This document shows, piece after piece, positions 46,882-57,605 of a DNA stretch of 64,000 nt. The position numbers were made by a program, and so were the translations under genes. How positions within the stretch are numbered: position 1 is the first letter of the stretch; the number at the start of each line of letters is the position of its first letter. The notes under the pieces are model-generated. The model did no database searches. It was given only the letters and a program-made list of their open reading frames with translations, and was not told where the DNA came from. Location of the stretch: the IMG/VR virus record IMGVR_UViG_3300028840_003497, positions 64,001 to 128,000 of that record, one strand, 5' to 3'. Source of the DNA: a virus.

Positions 46882-47199
46882 TCAAAAACCGACGTCTCTT
46901 TTCATCTCCGCCTCATGCTCACGTCTTGCCTCAACAAGTCTAGATGCTTCTTCCATAGAGATGCCACGAGATCTTAGACCGTTAGTTCTGCGCGCCCGAG
47001 CCCGCGCCGCATGCAACTCTTTAACCTGCTGGCTGTATCTCTTAAAAATCCGACGCAGTTTCATTTTGACATCAGCAGGAATATTACCCTCGGACTCAAA
47101 ATACATGCGTGTCCTATCGATAAAATCCCGCGTTTTAGGTGTAACCTTGATACTTCGAAGATCTCTGAGAATCTCCCCAACAGTCATCGTCTCAAACAT
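46882..47199 (-). CDS. basic hypothetical protein
   Basis: RBS and upstream TTGACA-18-TATAAA. Confidence 0.6.
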   Translation of the reverse strand: MFETMTVGEILRDLRSIKVTPKTRDFIDRTRMYFESEGNIPADVKMKLRRIFKRYSQQVKELHAARARARRTNGLRSRGISMEEASRLVEARREHEAEMKRDVGF

Positions 47200-47283
47200 G
47201 TCAACCTTTCAGCATTCTGATCAGACCCTCCCTTTATAAACCATAACGATGACCGTTGTCAAACGCGAGCTGGTCGGAGTCTT

Positions 47284-47299
47284 GCGAACTCAAGTTCGC
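47284..47299. promoter_or_regulatory. 16-bp palindrome copy 6
   Basis: GCGAACTCAAGTTCGC, about 20 nt upstream of a TTGACA. Confidence 0.8.
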
Positions 47300-47341
47300 G
47301 GGAATATTCGACTCAATTGTTAGGGTAAGTATTGGGAGGGG

Positions 47342-48388
47342 CTAGAGGACTGTCTCGACCTGGATCGCGTTATCAACCAAGAATCCGTTCAAAATCCCGG
47401 CGGCCTCAGTGATCATCTTGGCACTCTGCCCAAAGAGAGTGCTCCTGAATCGGTTGCCCTGCTTCGTCAGTTCGTCCTTGCCTCGGCTGCTGCGCTTGAA
47501 ATTCGTGTATTCGGTGACCGCGTTAAATGCCGCGTAGCCAGTTCCTGCGACACCAGGAATGTCCTGCCCCCTGCCGGTAACAGCGAGGCTCAGCAGCTCG
47601 TTCCTGGCCTTTTCTGCGCGAGTATTACGTTTACCATCTGGCGGGTCCGGGATCAGTTGTTTTCCGAAATCTTCCCACATCGTCGAAGTCATGTTCATCC
47701 GGGAGAGGGCCTTCATGAAATTGTCGGTCCGCTTGCTGCGCTCGTGAGCCTGGCTAATCGCCTGCTGCGCGGCCTCGATCTTCTCCTTCATCGTCTGGGT
47801 ATGCCGGATCCGGATTTCCTTCATAACGTTCTCCTCGCGCGCCGCATCAATAAGAGCCATCCTGATTGTGTTGTAGCAAGCAATCCGAATGTCCGTCTCG
47901 CCGATCCGAACTGAGAAGGTCCCGTCAAATGCGCTGACCAACATCAGGTACTTCTTATGGACGTCTCCGGGCACAATCTCGCTCTCGTCGAACTCGGCCT
48001 GGATCCAGATCACCTTGCCGTCCTTAAAGGAACCCGCGCTGTGGTACTTGAGTGCGCCCGCTTCGATCAGTTTGTCCACAAAATCGAAGGCTTCATAGTT
48101 CTGCAAAGGGGTCCAGCCAATTCCTACAACCCCGAGCGGAGCCTCGTCGGTCTCGCGCATGATCATCTTGTGAGTACCAACCAAGACCTCGCGCATCGGG
48201 GTGGCCGGATCGGGTGTGAAGCTCAGTGGACGCTCAACGACCTTCCAATCCAGATCCGCCTCACGCATGAGGTCCTGTGCAGTCTTTACCTCCTCTTCAC
48301 TAACGTCCACACCGGTCCCTTGCCATGGCATCTCGATCACGATGTCGTCGGTCTTTTGTGTTAATTTTTTTTCGATTTCTTTTGTCAT
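47342..48388 (-). CDS. DUF932/TIGR03299-family phage/plasmid protein
   Basis: PWQGTG, LDWKV, LQNYEAFDF, IRIACYNT, IRHT, FNAVTEY; promoter TTGACT-17-TAAGCT (48443-48471). Confidence 0.88.
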   Translation of the reverse strand: MTKEIEKKLTQKTDDIVIEMPWQGTGVDVSEEEVKTAQDLMREADLDWKVVERPLSFTPDPATPMREVLVGTHKMIMRETDEAPLGVVGIGWTPLQNYEAFDFVDKLIEAGALKYHSAGSFKDGKVIWIQAEFDESEIVPGDVHKKYLMLVSAFDGTFSVRIGETDIRIACYNTIRMALIDAAREENVMKEIRIRHTQTMKEKIEAAQQAISQAHERSKRTDNFMKALSRMNMTSTMWEDFGKQLIPDPPDGKRNTRAEKARNELLSLAVTGRGQDIPGVAGTGYAAFNAVTEYTNFKRSSRGKDELTKQGNRFRSTLFGQSAKMITEAAGILNGFLVDNAIQVETVL

Positions 48389-48524
48389 GATTGGCTCCTT
48401 TTTTCTCCGGCATCTTACCGGGATCGTTTACGGCCTAAAAACAGCTTAAATCCGAAGCACTGCATAGTCAACCATAATTAGGGCGTTTTTAAAACTAATC
48501 AAAAATAACTGCGTATTTAAAAAA

Positions 48525-49115
48525 TCACACAGGAGTTGTGGATATCATAAACGACGTGAATATCTCAGGATCATTGAGATCGAATTCGAATTCGGCCCCA
48601 CGGACAGCGACAATCCCGGACAGTTCACCGACCTCAGATCGGTCGACGCGCACGCGAAAACCTTTCATCTCTCGGAATTCCCCATGCTCTCCAGTTATCA
48701 AGTATTCGTCCTCTACCACGAACTTGCGTTCACCGAATTTATCGAACCACCCGATCACATCCTCTGGGGAATCTCCGTACCCGCAGGTCAGCAAGCAAAC
48801 CGCGTGGCGCATCAGGGCGTTCACAAAATCATCAAAGTGCTGGAGGCAAGACATAACTACCATTTCATCGACCATCTTAATCGACCCTGCGAGACGCCAC
48901 TCCTCTCCCCAGTCTATAATCGATCCATGGACCTTCTCCTGGATTTCTCCGTTGAAGTCGAAGATGATCACATTCGTATTATCGTACTCAAACCGAGGCT
49001 TCCAATAGATATCAATGGCCTCGTCAGTCCGAACCCCCTTGATCCACAGACCTCTTCGACTTCGAGCCAAATACTCCGATGGCCCGAGTCCGTTCGCTAT
49101 TTCTGACTTTTTCAT
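48525..49115 (-). CDS. hypothetical protein
   Basis: GGAGG RBS. Confidence 0.55.
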   Translation of the reverse strand: MKKSEIANGLGPSEYLARSRRGLWIKGVRTDEAIDIYWKPRFEYDNTNVIIFDFNGEIQEKVHGSIIDWGEEWRLAGSIKMVDEMVVMSCLQHFDDFVNALMRHAVCLLTCGYGDSPEDVIGWFDKFGERKFVVEDEYLITGEHGEFREMKGFRVRVDRSEVGELSGIVAVRGAEFEFDLNDPEIFTSFMISTTPV

Positions 49116-49390
49116 ATTCCTCCTCCGTCAGAACATCAGTGCGCCACACGTATCGAAAGATCCCCATTAAATATACACAGACAGCTTTTACATCCGGACC
49201 CGGACGTCTGTTGCTCTTCTCCTCCATCCGGTCCAGATGAGATCTGATCTTCTTTGTATAAGCTGGCTTTTTACAAGGCGTAAATCTAGGAATCTTCCTG
49301 ATCCCCTTCTCTCGATTGATCACGAAGTTCATATCTTTGGCCGTCCATAAATCTATTTTCATCTTATCAATATTGGACAGCACCCCACCA

Positions 49391-50464
49391 CTATTTCTTT
49401 TGGGATTCACGATCTTTCCGCATTTTCTCGCGCATTTCATCCAGATCGTTCTTGGCCTCCTCCTCGGACTTGGCCTCCTTCTCAGCATCCTTTTCTACTT
49501 CCTCGTCACTCTTTTGCTGATCGATCATGCGCTGCTCAAGGGTATCGACTGCAGACGAAACCGAGGCGATACGCTTACGCTTCATCTCTTCGACGCCCAT
49601 TGCCATAAACTCTGGCATCATAACGTTCTCCTCGTCGCCATTCGGAGACTCGTCGACAACACCCATTTCATTTTCCAACTCATCCTGGTCGTTCTCCGGT
49701 CCGTTCGTGTTGATTCGATTCTCACTTGGATCTTCATCCGGAATCCCGCCAAGAAGTCGTTCTAACATCGAAGCCTTCTCCAGGATGTTACCGATCTTGA
49801 CTTTCGCCATGTTCGACCACACAGCACCTTCCTCCTCCGTCGGGACCGATCCGATGCGACCAACATCTCCATCCGGCATCGCGTTCCCGGCCTCCTCGTA
49901 GGAACTCGCTGCCTCAGCCAACGATCCGAATACCTGTGTAACATCCCCATCTTTAATCACGAACACATCCAATTCTTCTGCACTAACAGTGAATTTCTCT
50001 AATGCGTCCTCGCGCTGCAATTCCTGCATCGCCTTCGGGATCATGCCGATTGGAAATGTCGCCCCCGGAGGAAGCACCCAAAGGTGCGCCTGATGATCGG
50101 CGATCTGACCCATGCGGCGCATCTCGGACGGAAACAGTTCGACACCCTCCGCCATTCCGCTGAGCAACTCACTCTTGATAGCCTGCTTTTCGGCCCACGG
50201 AATCTCAATTTTTTTCCTGTCATGACGAGCAATGATGAGGTGGATAACTTCCATCGGCTGCGGACGACCATCAGGCCCTGGAACAGAGAACGCATCCGAC
50301 ATTGTCTTCTTCAGAAAAACGCCGTATTTATTGTTCTCGAACGTGGCGATGACTCCCATCTCCTCAGCCCCCTCCGGATTCTTGATCCGAAAGAACTCCG
50401 TCATTGGACCACTCATCTTGTTGCGATCGATCCTGTGAACTTTTCTTGTTTTTTTGCCAGCCAT
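49391..50464 (-). CDS. phage protein: H.I.R...W.EKQ.IK...E.FP...HLW domain + acidic tail
   Basis: Conserved-looking N-terminal domain; low-complexity C terminus. Confidence 0.65.
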   Translation of the reverse strand: MAGKKTRKVHRIDRNKMSGPMTEFFRIKNPEGAEEMGVIATFENNKYGVFLKKTMSDAFSVPGPDGRPQPMEVIHLIIARHDRKKIEIPWAEKQAIKSELLSGMAEGVELFPSEMRRMGQIADHQAHLWVLPPGATFPIGMIPKAMQELQREDALEKFTVSAEELDVFVIKDGDVTQVFGSLAEAASSYEEAGNAMPDGDVGRIGSVPTEEEGAVWSNMAKVKIGNILEKASMLERLLGGIPDEDPSENRINTNGPENDQDELENEMGVVDESPNGDEENVMMPEFMAMGVEEMKRKRIASVSSAVDTLEQRMIDQQKSDEEVEKDAEKEAKSEEEAKNDLDEMREKMRKDRESQKK

Positions 50465-50657
50465 TATTCTTCTCCTTCAATATCCATGCGCTCACATTCG
50501 AGCGTTGTGATTCTCTTCGTCATCAGAAAGTTTCCGTTCTTCTCATTCTCCCAAAGGATCTGAAACATCCGAACTTTCTTCCTCATGGACAGCCATGAGA
50601 TCAGGGTACCAACAAGCATTCCCCCAGCGAACAATCCCACATTTAAAACCCAGTACA

Positions 50658-51191
50658 TCACTTGTCTTTCATCTCCTCGGACCACCGTACAAGATTACGA
50701 CGTAGAATCATCGCAGAAGCGTGCAATGGACCCCTCTGAAAAGTCGGCCCCGATTCACCTGTTTCCGGGTTTACACCGCATATCTGAGGACAATACCCCG
50801 ACGGATACCCTTCCACCATAATCCACTCATCTATAATTGTGCCAATACCAGCCTTCCCTGTCTGAAGCAGGTTTGATGCCATCCGGCACTCGTTCTCTAC
50901 CCAAGACCGCGCCAAATCAAATCTGGTTGTTTCCAAATTGACCATATGCTCGGACTTGGGGAGATCTTCAACTATCCCGCGACCATGCGATAGAGTTATG
51001 TCTATCCGAACAATACGCCCCTTGAACCACGCAGTTTTCAGATAAAGATCATGCTGTCCGATTTCGATCTTTGCACTAATACCAGAGAGTCCGACCCCGC
51101 GCATCGCAGCATCGATCTCCCGCCATTCCTTGTTTTCCGAAAGGGACGGTCCATCTGCAAGCAATTCCTGTAACTTGTTTTCTTGGTTCAT
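50658..51191 (-). CDS. stand-alone TSCPD/NrdJ-C-like domain protein
   Basis: K...G...LY, IDI, ASNLLQTG, PSG pattern. Confidence 0.5.
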   Translation of the reverse strand: MNQENKLQELLADGPSLSENKEWREIDAAMRGVGLSGISAKIEIGQHDLYLKTAWFKGRIVRIDITLSHGRGIVEDLPKSEHMVNLETTRFDLARSWVENECRMASNLLQTGKAGIGTIIDEWIMVEGYPSGYCPQICGVNPETGESGPTFQRGPLHASAMILRRNLVRWSEEMKDK

Positions 51192-51532
51192 ATCTGTGGA
51201 ACCTCTCTTATATCCTCTGGGACATTTTTCATAGCCTCAAGAAACATCCGTGTGGCCTCACACTCCCCTACAACTCCAACCAGCGCGTTCATCGCACCCA
51301 TATAGCGTCTCATAAACTGAAGGCAGTTCTGTTCCAGCATCCCGTGCCTGAGACGAATATACTCTACCGATAACATGTGGGATATTTGTCCATGATTCGC
51401 TGGATCATCGAGGCCAAGGATTTTCTTGGCAGTGTCCGGAATTTGTTCAATCCGGGCCTCTATATAATCCTGCGGCTCCATCGTCGCAATATTCGGTTTT
51501 CCATCAGTCATCAAATATCAGCCTTCAACAAC

Positions 51533-51603
51533 AAAAAAACTGCCGACTGCCCGGGTTCGGATGTGGGGGGGGACATCCGGGAGACCCGGGTCAGCCGGGC
51601 AGC
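51533..51603 (-). terminator. long GC hairpin + T7 (intrinsic terminator or small structured RNA)
   Basis: CTGCC/GGCAG, CCCGGG/CCCGGG and CGGATGT/ACATCCG stems followed by TTTTTTT on the minus strand. Confidence 0.6.
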
Positions 51604-51607
51604 AAGA

Positions 51608-52492
51608 CTAAATCTCGTTAGACTGCGCTCCTAGCTGCCGAGCCCACCGAGTTATTTTAGCATCATACCATTCACAACGGTAACCACGCCAGTATAACCA
51701 TGGCCTTTTCGACTTAAAAATGCGCCCTCTCTTCCTCATTGCATAAGCCGCCTCCGTAGCGCTCCCACGAACAGACAGCATATTCGCAAAATCCCGTGGG
51801 TTCGAATAAAACCTCGACAGCAATTGCGCCGTCCCGAGATCGAACCCCGATTTATTGTAATACGTGTTCATGTCTTCATTCTGAACCACGGCAAGAATCT
51901 CATCCTCTGTGTGCGATATGCATCGCTTCTTCTTCTTAAGGATCCCTAGCCGATATGCCGTCTTCCTCGGATGCGTGCCGAGAGCACATCTGTCGAACTG
52001 AGACTCGTTTCGGATCGTCCCGGCCAACCCCCAAGGATTAAGAGTGAACCCTGCATCATCGGATTCATCGGAGACCTCGTCAGCGGCTCTCACAATTTCA
52101 TATGCATAGAACAGCGCCCTATCCTCGATCTCCTTTTCTCCATCCATCAACTCTCCGCACTCCCACCATCCATCCTTTTTATAATTGGCAATACCATCTG
52201 CCAAACGACCAATGATCTGCAATTGATGCTTGCTCAGTGGATCAATGGTTACCTTCTCTTGTCCTGTATCTTTCTTCACATTCGCCAATGTTACAGGAAG
52301 CTCATCTGGTTCAAAAATATCGCTCCCACAAAACGGCACATAATCTCCCCCTCGATCCTGCGCCTCCAAAACAATATCAGAACTCGGCCACGCCACGGCA
52401 GCCAATGCTCCGATGGCCAATATAGAGGCCATTACAATCAATCTAATAATCTTTTTCATCTCTTCCTCCTCGCCAGACACTGCACAATCCAA
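51608..52492 (-). CDS. membrane-anchored lysozyme-like/SLT-fold protein
   Basis: Signal/TM segment; IRNESQFD and DLGTAQL resemble SLT motifs I and II. Confidence 0.55.
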   Translation of the reverse strand: MDCAVSGEEEEMKKIIRLIVMASILAIGALAAVAWPSSDIVLEAQDRGGDYVPFCGSDIFEPDELPVTLANVKKDTGQEKVTIDPLSKHQLQIIGRLADGIANYKKDGWWECGELMDGEKEIEDRALFYAYEIVRAADEVSDESDDAGFTLNPWGLAGTIRNESQFDRCALGTHPRKTAYRLGILKKKKRCISHTEDEILAVVQNEDMNTYYNKSGFDLGTAQLLSRFYSNPRDFANMLSVRGSATEAAYAMRKRGRIFKSKRPWLYWRGYRCEWYDAKITRWARQLGAQSNEI

Positions 52493-52544
52493 TAAATGTT
52501 CCGGCTTTAGAACAAGACATTATACCCTTTATCTCTATTAATCG

Positions 52545-52926
52545 TCAAAAGTCCCCTCGCAGAGAATCCACAGTATGGCTCCCGCATCTCGGACAGACAT
52601 GATTTTCTTTCTGATCCAACGTCTGAGGCTCTGGGGAATCCAGACCGTTCCACCCGCATTCTTCTACCTCCAAGCGGAGATGTTTGCACGTCTCCCGGAA
52701 CTTAAACCCAGGGCATGTGCATCCTATTTCTCCCTGAACAAAAGACCCGCTAACCTCGTACATAGTTTCTGGATCCGACGAAGACGGAATAGAAATCACA
52801 AACGTCTTTCGATCAGCTTGGCACGCCTGGAACGTCCTTATCTTACGTTGATGATCCTCTTCTTTTTTTACAGTATCAAACACCTGGTCCTCCCTGCCGC
52901 AATCCTCGCAGCCATCGATCAACATA
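52545..52926 (-). CDS. SWIM zinc-finger protein
   Basis: YEV...CTCPGFKFRETCKH; C-terminal CPRC. Confidence 0.75.
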
Positions 52927-52935
52927 CTGCCGTCT

Positions 52936-53367
52936 TTACACCGATTTGTCAACAGCATCCTCCGGATCAATCCCATAGATCTTACACGATCCTTTTGCAA
53001 AAATAATAGCCCGTTCACATTGCTTCTTTGTGAATCGCCCGATGTGACAATCGCTCTCCGTCATCCGCATATGAGATTGCAACTTACGATACGCTCCCCC
53101 GCGCGAGAGGTTCCCTGTCTTCCATAAAGCATCGAACCAACGATGCAATTCCCTCCTGGCATCGCGAGTTTCCTTATTAGCCGGAATCCCCAGCGGAGAT
53201 CCGTCAGGATGACACCCGTGGAAACACTTGCATTTAGGAAAGTTGTCACAGCTATAAAAACGTCCACTCCTCATGTCAACAAGATGCATCTGCCCACCGC
53301 ACTGTGGACACTCCAATACCGTCTCGCCATCATTCGACTCACCAGTAAACGCATTAACTATCCTCAT
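52936..53367 (-). CDS. DUF3268-like zinc-finger protein
   Basis: CPQCG, CDNFPKC, GCHP..PLG.PA, H.WFD.LW, CHIGRF. Confidence 0.8.
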   Translation of the reverse strand: MRIVNAFTGESNDGETVLECPQCGGQMHLVDMRSGRFYSCDNFPKCKCFHGCHPDGSPLGIPANKETRDARRELHRWFDALWKTGNLSRGGAYRKLQSHMRMTESDCHIGRFTKKQCERAIIFAKGSCKIYGIDPEDAVDKSV

Positions 53368-55046
53368 TAATTTCTCATCGACAGCTTGAATAACTGACTA
53401 CCGCGTGCAAACAAGACCTCATTTCCACGTTTAAACAGACGCATATCGCCTCCTATCATCGGATCCGAGATGCGCTTCACACCGTCTACTGTCGGCGTCG
53501 CCCCGAAGAGTACCAGATCCTCCACCTCGTCGATATGAGCACAGACCCCCTTGTCCAGGGTCACGAAGTTGATCCCGGAGTAGGCGACGTCCTCGTCCTT
53601 CCAAAACAGGATCGCATTCACGTAATCGCGCTCGAAACGATAGACAAACTTGTCGTACTGGCCGTTCTTCGTACCGATCACAATCATCACCCGGTGATCA
53701 TGTTTGGCATCAACAATCCGGTACCCGTCCAACTCTTTTAGCCGAACCTGATTACACATCTGCGATCCAGGAAACACCGAGGCATACCAGGATCCCAGCA
53801 TGTTTTGGATCGCCACTCCATCAAACAGTTGTGTTGCCATCGGCATCACATTCGCCACAGGATGTGGGAAGACCTGCGTGTTATTCCCGACCTTCCTGAT
53901 CATCAACTCGATCACGTTCTCGTCGTAATGAATGTAAAAACGGCCATCGTAGGCCATCATTGATTGACAGGGCGCACGTTGCCCCACAGGGAGCAGCGTC
54001 TTTGCATTGACCAAGTATGCCTCCCCACCTTCACGTCGCCCGTACAAGGGATCCTGATCGCTCGTGTGGCCGAAACATCCGTCCCCCTGGATGGAGAACG
54101 GTGTCCCTCGATCCTTCGTGAGGCACACGACAGACCCGTCCATCGCAATAAGGTCGAACCCATCAATCCTATCGTATCGAAAGATATTCCGTTCGAGGCC
54201 GAACACCTCGGATATCTTGAGTCGGTCCGTACTCGAAATATTTCGAGGAGCTACAAAGACCACCCCCAATCCTAAACCCTTCGGCGGAGGCACCCGACGA
54301 CCATCCTCGAACACTGCCTTATACCAGCGCCTGTACGCCTCCGGGATCGTCTCGAAGCTCGGGACCATCTTCGGGACCTTCACGTCGTCGTTGAACACCG
54401 AGAGGTTCTGCAGCATCCGATCTGCCATCTTCTTCACCGACGGGTGCTTGCCCTTAAACGGATGAATCCCGGTGAACAACTGAAATGTCACAATGCCCCA
54501 GGAAAACCAGTCGGTCTCCCGCGTCCAACTCTTGGCCTGCCAGTCCCGGATGCTGTCCATGATCGCCGTCGCCGGATAACTCTTAGTCTGATAACTATCG
54601 ACATCGATCCAGAAAACATCGCTCCCTTTCAGAAGCAGATTCATCTCGTTCAAATCGACCACTAGAACATCGGCGGAGTGGATCCCCTCTAATCCGTCCT
54701 GCATATCGCGGACGATACCGAACACATCGTCGGGGCCGATTCCATTCCTCTTCTTGTACGCCTTCGTGAATAACTGACAAATGGGGGACGCATCCTTCAC
54801 AAATCTCATCGAATATCCAACCGGTTTGTTGCGTGAATCCAATAGCACATTGAGAGGCTTTATGACGTTCTTGTTTCTGATCTTCGACAACTCCTCGATT
54901 TTTTGCTCTGGGATCATTTTTTTTGGGTTTGCATAGATCTTGTATGCCGTGCTGCCACGGACATACACACTACCTTCGCCACCCGAACCCACAAAATCAC
55001 GCTTCGACAGACTAACCTGACCGCCCCCCAGGATCTTGATTTTCAT
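53367..55046 (-). CDS. YegI-like Ser/Thr protein kinase
   Basis: GSGGEG.VY, AYKIY, DLNEMN, IDVDS, TDWFS, GIHPF. Confidence 0.88.
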   Translation of the reverse strand: MKIKILGGGQVSLSKRDFVGSGGEGSVYVRGSTAYKIYANPKKMIPEQKIEELSKIRNKNVIKPLNVLLDSRNKPVGYSMRFVKDASPICQLFTKAYKKRNGIGPDDVFGIVRDMQDGLEGIHSADVLVVDLNEMNLLLKGSDVFWIDVDSYQTKSYPATAIMDSIRDWQAKSWTRETDWFSWGIVTFQLFTGIHPFKGKHPSVKKMADRMLQNLSVFNDDVKVPKMVPSFETIPEAYRRWYKAVFEDGRRVPPPKGLGLGVVFVAPRNISSTDRLKISEVFGLERNIFRYDRIDGFDLIAMDGSVVCLTKDRGTPFSIQGDGCFGHTSDQDPLYGRREGGEAYLVNAKTLLPVGQRAPCQSMMAYDGRFYIHYDENVIELMIRKVGNNTQVFPHPVANVMPMATQLFDGVAIQNMLGSWYASVFPGSQMCNQVRLKELDGYRIVDAKHDHRVMIVIGTKNGQYDKFVYRFERDYVNAILFWKDEDVAYSGINFVTLDKGVCAHIDEVEDLVLFGATPTVDGVKRISDPMIGGDMRLFKRGNEVLFARGSQLFKLSMRN

Positions 55047-55177
55047 CTCAACCCCTTGTCAGGATGTTCGATCAGGACAAACTTTGAAATATCATCTTGA
55101 AAATGATTCCCGTATTCTGGGCTGTCGTCGATCATCAGATCAATCTCGTATTCCTTGCAAATCTTCGCCTTCCCCAT
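55043..55177 (-). pseudogene. C-terminal remnant of a HAD-like gene
   Basis: KAKICKEYEIDLMIDDSPEYG; stop overlaps the kinase ATG (ATGA). Confidence 0.6.
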
Positions 55178-55484
55178 GAATTAAGATTTCACCAGGATCC
55201 GGACGATAACTCTCCAGCCACTCCAGGTAATACCGATAAAAATAAGGACACTTGCTCCGAAGGAAGTCTATCTCGTCCTTGGTGAACTTGAGTTCGCAAT
55301 ATGCCTGAATCTGTTCCTTGAGCCGATCCACGAAGGATGACCCCCAAGGCGTCTCGCCCCTGTCGATGAAACGGTATTCGACAACCGCGTCCGGGAAGAG
55401 CCGGAACACGGCGTTCTGCATGCTAAATTTATAGAGATCATCGTCTAAAAGGCTACTAATAATACAACTATCAATATTGCTCAT
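55140..55484 (-). pseudogene. pncB: nicotinate phosphoribosyltransferase N-terminal fragment
   Basis: SLLDDDLYKFSMQNAV...YRFIDR; ends after ~115 aa. Confidence 0.8.
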
Positions 55485-55488
55485 TTTG

Positions 55489-56094
55489 TTAACACTCCAC
55501 GCCAAACTCGCGCTCGGCCATCCTCTGGTTGTCGATCGGAATCAGAGCACCAAGATTCGATTCGTAAAGCGCCACGTAGACATCCCCTGCCCACTCCCCC
55601 AGTGCATTGTACGGCATATTGGCGATATAGAATAGCTGGCTCATCGAGTGCTGCCCGGTCGGACCTGAGTGGCAAAGAACACCCTCCACGAATTCCGTCG
55701 CGTTCCCGAAGTCCACCTCCTTATGCATCTCATCCTTCGAGTACGACGGGAGCGGCTTGACTATGTGCATCTGCTCCCTGAACCGGTTACCACCCTCGTC
55801 GTAGTCGGCGTCGTCCCCGACGTAAATGTACGGCCCATTGGCTTCGAACTGCCATCTGGTTGGATCGAAGATCGTCCCGTCCGGCATCAGCACCCAGCCA
55901 TGAACAACAAGGGTCTTGTTACCACACCGCTCGTCCCACGGAGATCCATCCTCGATGTACCCGAGAAAGTGCCCGTAGACCGGATGCCCATCGACAACCC
56001 CGGCCTTTACGCACTCGCACGCAATCCCGTAACACTGAGCCACCCAGTCCTCGACCGGAATACCAATTTCCTCCGCCACTTTGTTAATATCCAT
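55489..56094 (-). CDS. hypothetical protein (possible C-H-D papain/transglutaminase-like)
   Basis: QCY, HGWV, FDPT; promoter TTGACA-17-TAAGGT (56136-56164). Confidence 0.55.
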   Translation of the reverse strand: MDINKVAEEIGIPVEDWVAQCYGIACECVKAGVVDGHPVYGHFLGYIEDGSPWDERCGNKTLVVHGWVLMPDGTIFDPTRWQFEANGPYIYVGDDADYDEGGNRFREQMHIVKPLPSYSKDEMHKEVDFGNATEFVEGVLCHSGPTGQHSMSQLFYIANMPYNALGEWAGDVYVALYESNLGALIPIDNQRMAEREFGVEC

Positions 56095-56160
56095 TTGTAT
56101 CCTCCCGCCGTCATCTCGACGGCTATCTTACAGACACCTTAGTCCGTCCAGTAGCGTTTG

Positions 56161-57051
56161 TCAACCTACATGAACCGCTCCCATAGACAGATCGTCGTCG
56201 TGGCTCCACCCGCGCTTCTCACATTCGCGCAGGAAGCCCTGCATTCGCCGCTTAACGAACTCTCCCTTGTACCCTTTGAACTCCATCATCTCGCGGACCA
56301 CGTCCAGCCAGGGAACGCTCTGGCGATCCTGATCGACGAAGCTTTTCACTCCGTCCGAAAATACAGCCACTGTCTCGATGAAATCATCATCGTCCACGCA
56401 ACCCGGATCTTCGCCATCGGTCGTCAGATCCCTCACCCCATCCGGATATCCCCGGAAATAATCCTGGCGGAACAAGTCCAGATCGTTGCTCCAGAAACAT
56501 CTCTCGTCTTGCTCAATCGTGTCTCCGTTCTCGTGAACGTAGTCCACCCTCCACCCCTTCTCGGGATCCTCTCGCATCCTCTGCTGGACCGCCATCAAAC
56601 GGGACCGGCTCAAAAAATAGGACGGGTAGAGAGGAAATCCCGACGGTGAAACGATGTCAAAAATCGCGATCCCTCCTAAATGCATCCGGAACGCAATCGT
56701 CCCGTCGCCCATCCCGAAAACGTTAATCCTGTGATCGACAAACACCCCGAGCAACGTCGCATCAAGCATCTCCTCCGGCATCCCCATTAGACGCTGGATC
56801 GCAGCTGCCGAAGCGACGATATGACGCATGTCATGTGCGTCCTCGATTCCGAGCCGCCGCAGAAGAAACTGCTCCGCCGAAGACACAATCACCCGGGCTC
56901 CCACATCCGAGTCCTGGCTACCGGAACACCCGTCCGACACGAAGGCATACCCGAGCCCCTTTGCGCGCCCGGCAACCTCCCCAGATCTCGCGTAGTCCTC
57001 GCAGACCTTGTGCGAGTGCCCTATCGTAAATGCGTGATCAGCTTGCATCAA
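56161..57051 (-). CDS. PP2C-like phosphatase (YegK-like)
   Basis: GHSH..CED, SDGCSG, ATLL, GDG, SDGV, DDLS. Confidence 0.9.
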   Translation of the reverse strand: MMQADHAFTIGHSHKVCEDYARSGEVAGRAKGLGYAFVSDGCSGSQDSDVGARVIVSSAEQFLLRRLGIEDAHDMRHIVASAAAIQRLMGMPEEMLDATLLGVFVDHRINVFGMGDGTIAFRMHLGGIAIFDIVSPSGFPLYPSYFLSRSRLMAVQQRMREDPEKGWRVDYVHENGDTIEQDERCFWSNDLDLFRQDYFRGYPDGVRDLTTDGEDPGCVDDDDFIETVAVFSDGVKSFVDQDRQSVPWLDVVREMMEFKGYKGEFVKRRMQGFLRECEKRGWSHDDDLSMGAVHVG

Positions 57052-57605
57052 CCACCTCCGTTGGCGGCCAGGACCTTCAGGTACTCGACCACCTTCTCGT
57101 CGGTCCAGGCATGAATACCAGTTTCCAACTTGGTAACGTTCTCATCCGGAAACAGTTCTCTACCGCTCTTCTCGATCAGCGTGTCCTTCCAATCGATACT
57201 CGTCACCCTCTTGCGGTCGCCGATCTCTATGTGACCGAGGCGTGTCATCACCTTGAACCATGGTCTGTGGAGGCAGCACGAATTGGGGCAGTAGCCGTTC
57301 GGTAGTTCCTCCATAAAAATTGGACCAAGCCCAGCATCGAGAAACATCCCCATGAACCGATCTCGCATCGCCTTCTTCTTGACCTCCGTCTCCGGGTCCA
57401 ACATCACCGTCGTAGCTTCCAAACCTTCTAAGAGAGCACTCCTGGCTTCACGGAGAGTATTCCAGTCAGCGTCATTATCCAATGAACGCTGTGACATCTT
57501 CACGTAGATCATCACGCCTATCATGTCAGATCCTAAGCGCTCCTCGTAGGTGGCCAATTCGTACCCATCGTCCAGTGGCCTCGCAGGGTCAAGTCCAGCA
57601 CGCAT
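57048..57605 (-). CDS. hypothetical phage protein
   Basis: PNGYC, PW, G.RKRV.SIDW, HAW. Confidence 0.65.
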   Translation of the reverse strand: MRAGLDPARPLDDGYELATYEERLGSDMIGVMIYVKMSQRSLDNDADWNTLREARSALLEGLEATTVMLDPETEVKKKAMRDRFMGMFLDAGLGPIFMEELPNGYCPNSCCLHRPWFKVMTRLGHIEIGDRKRVTSIDWKDTLIEKSGRELFPDENVTKLETGIHAWTDEKVVEYLKVLAANGGG

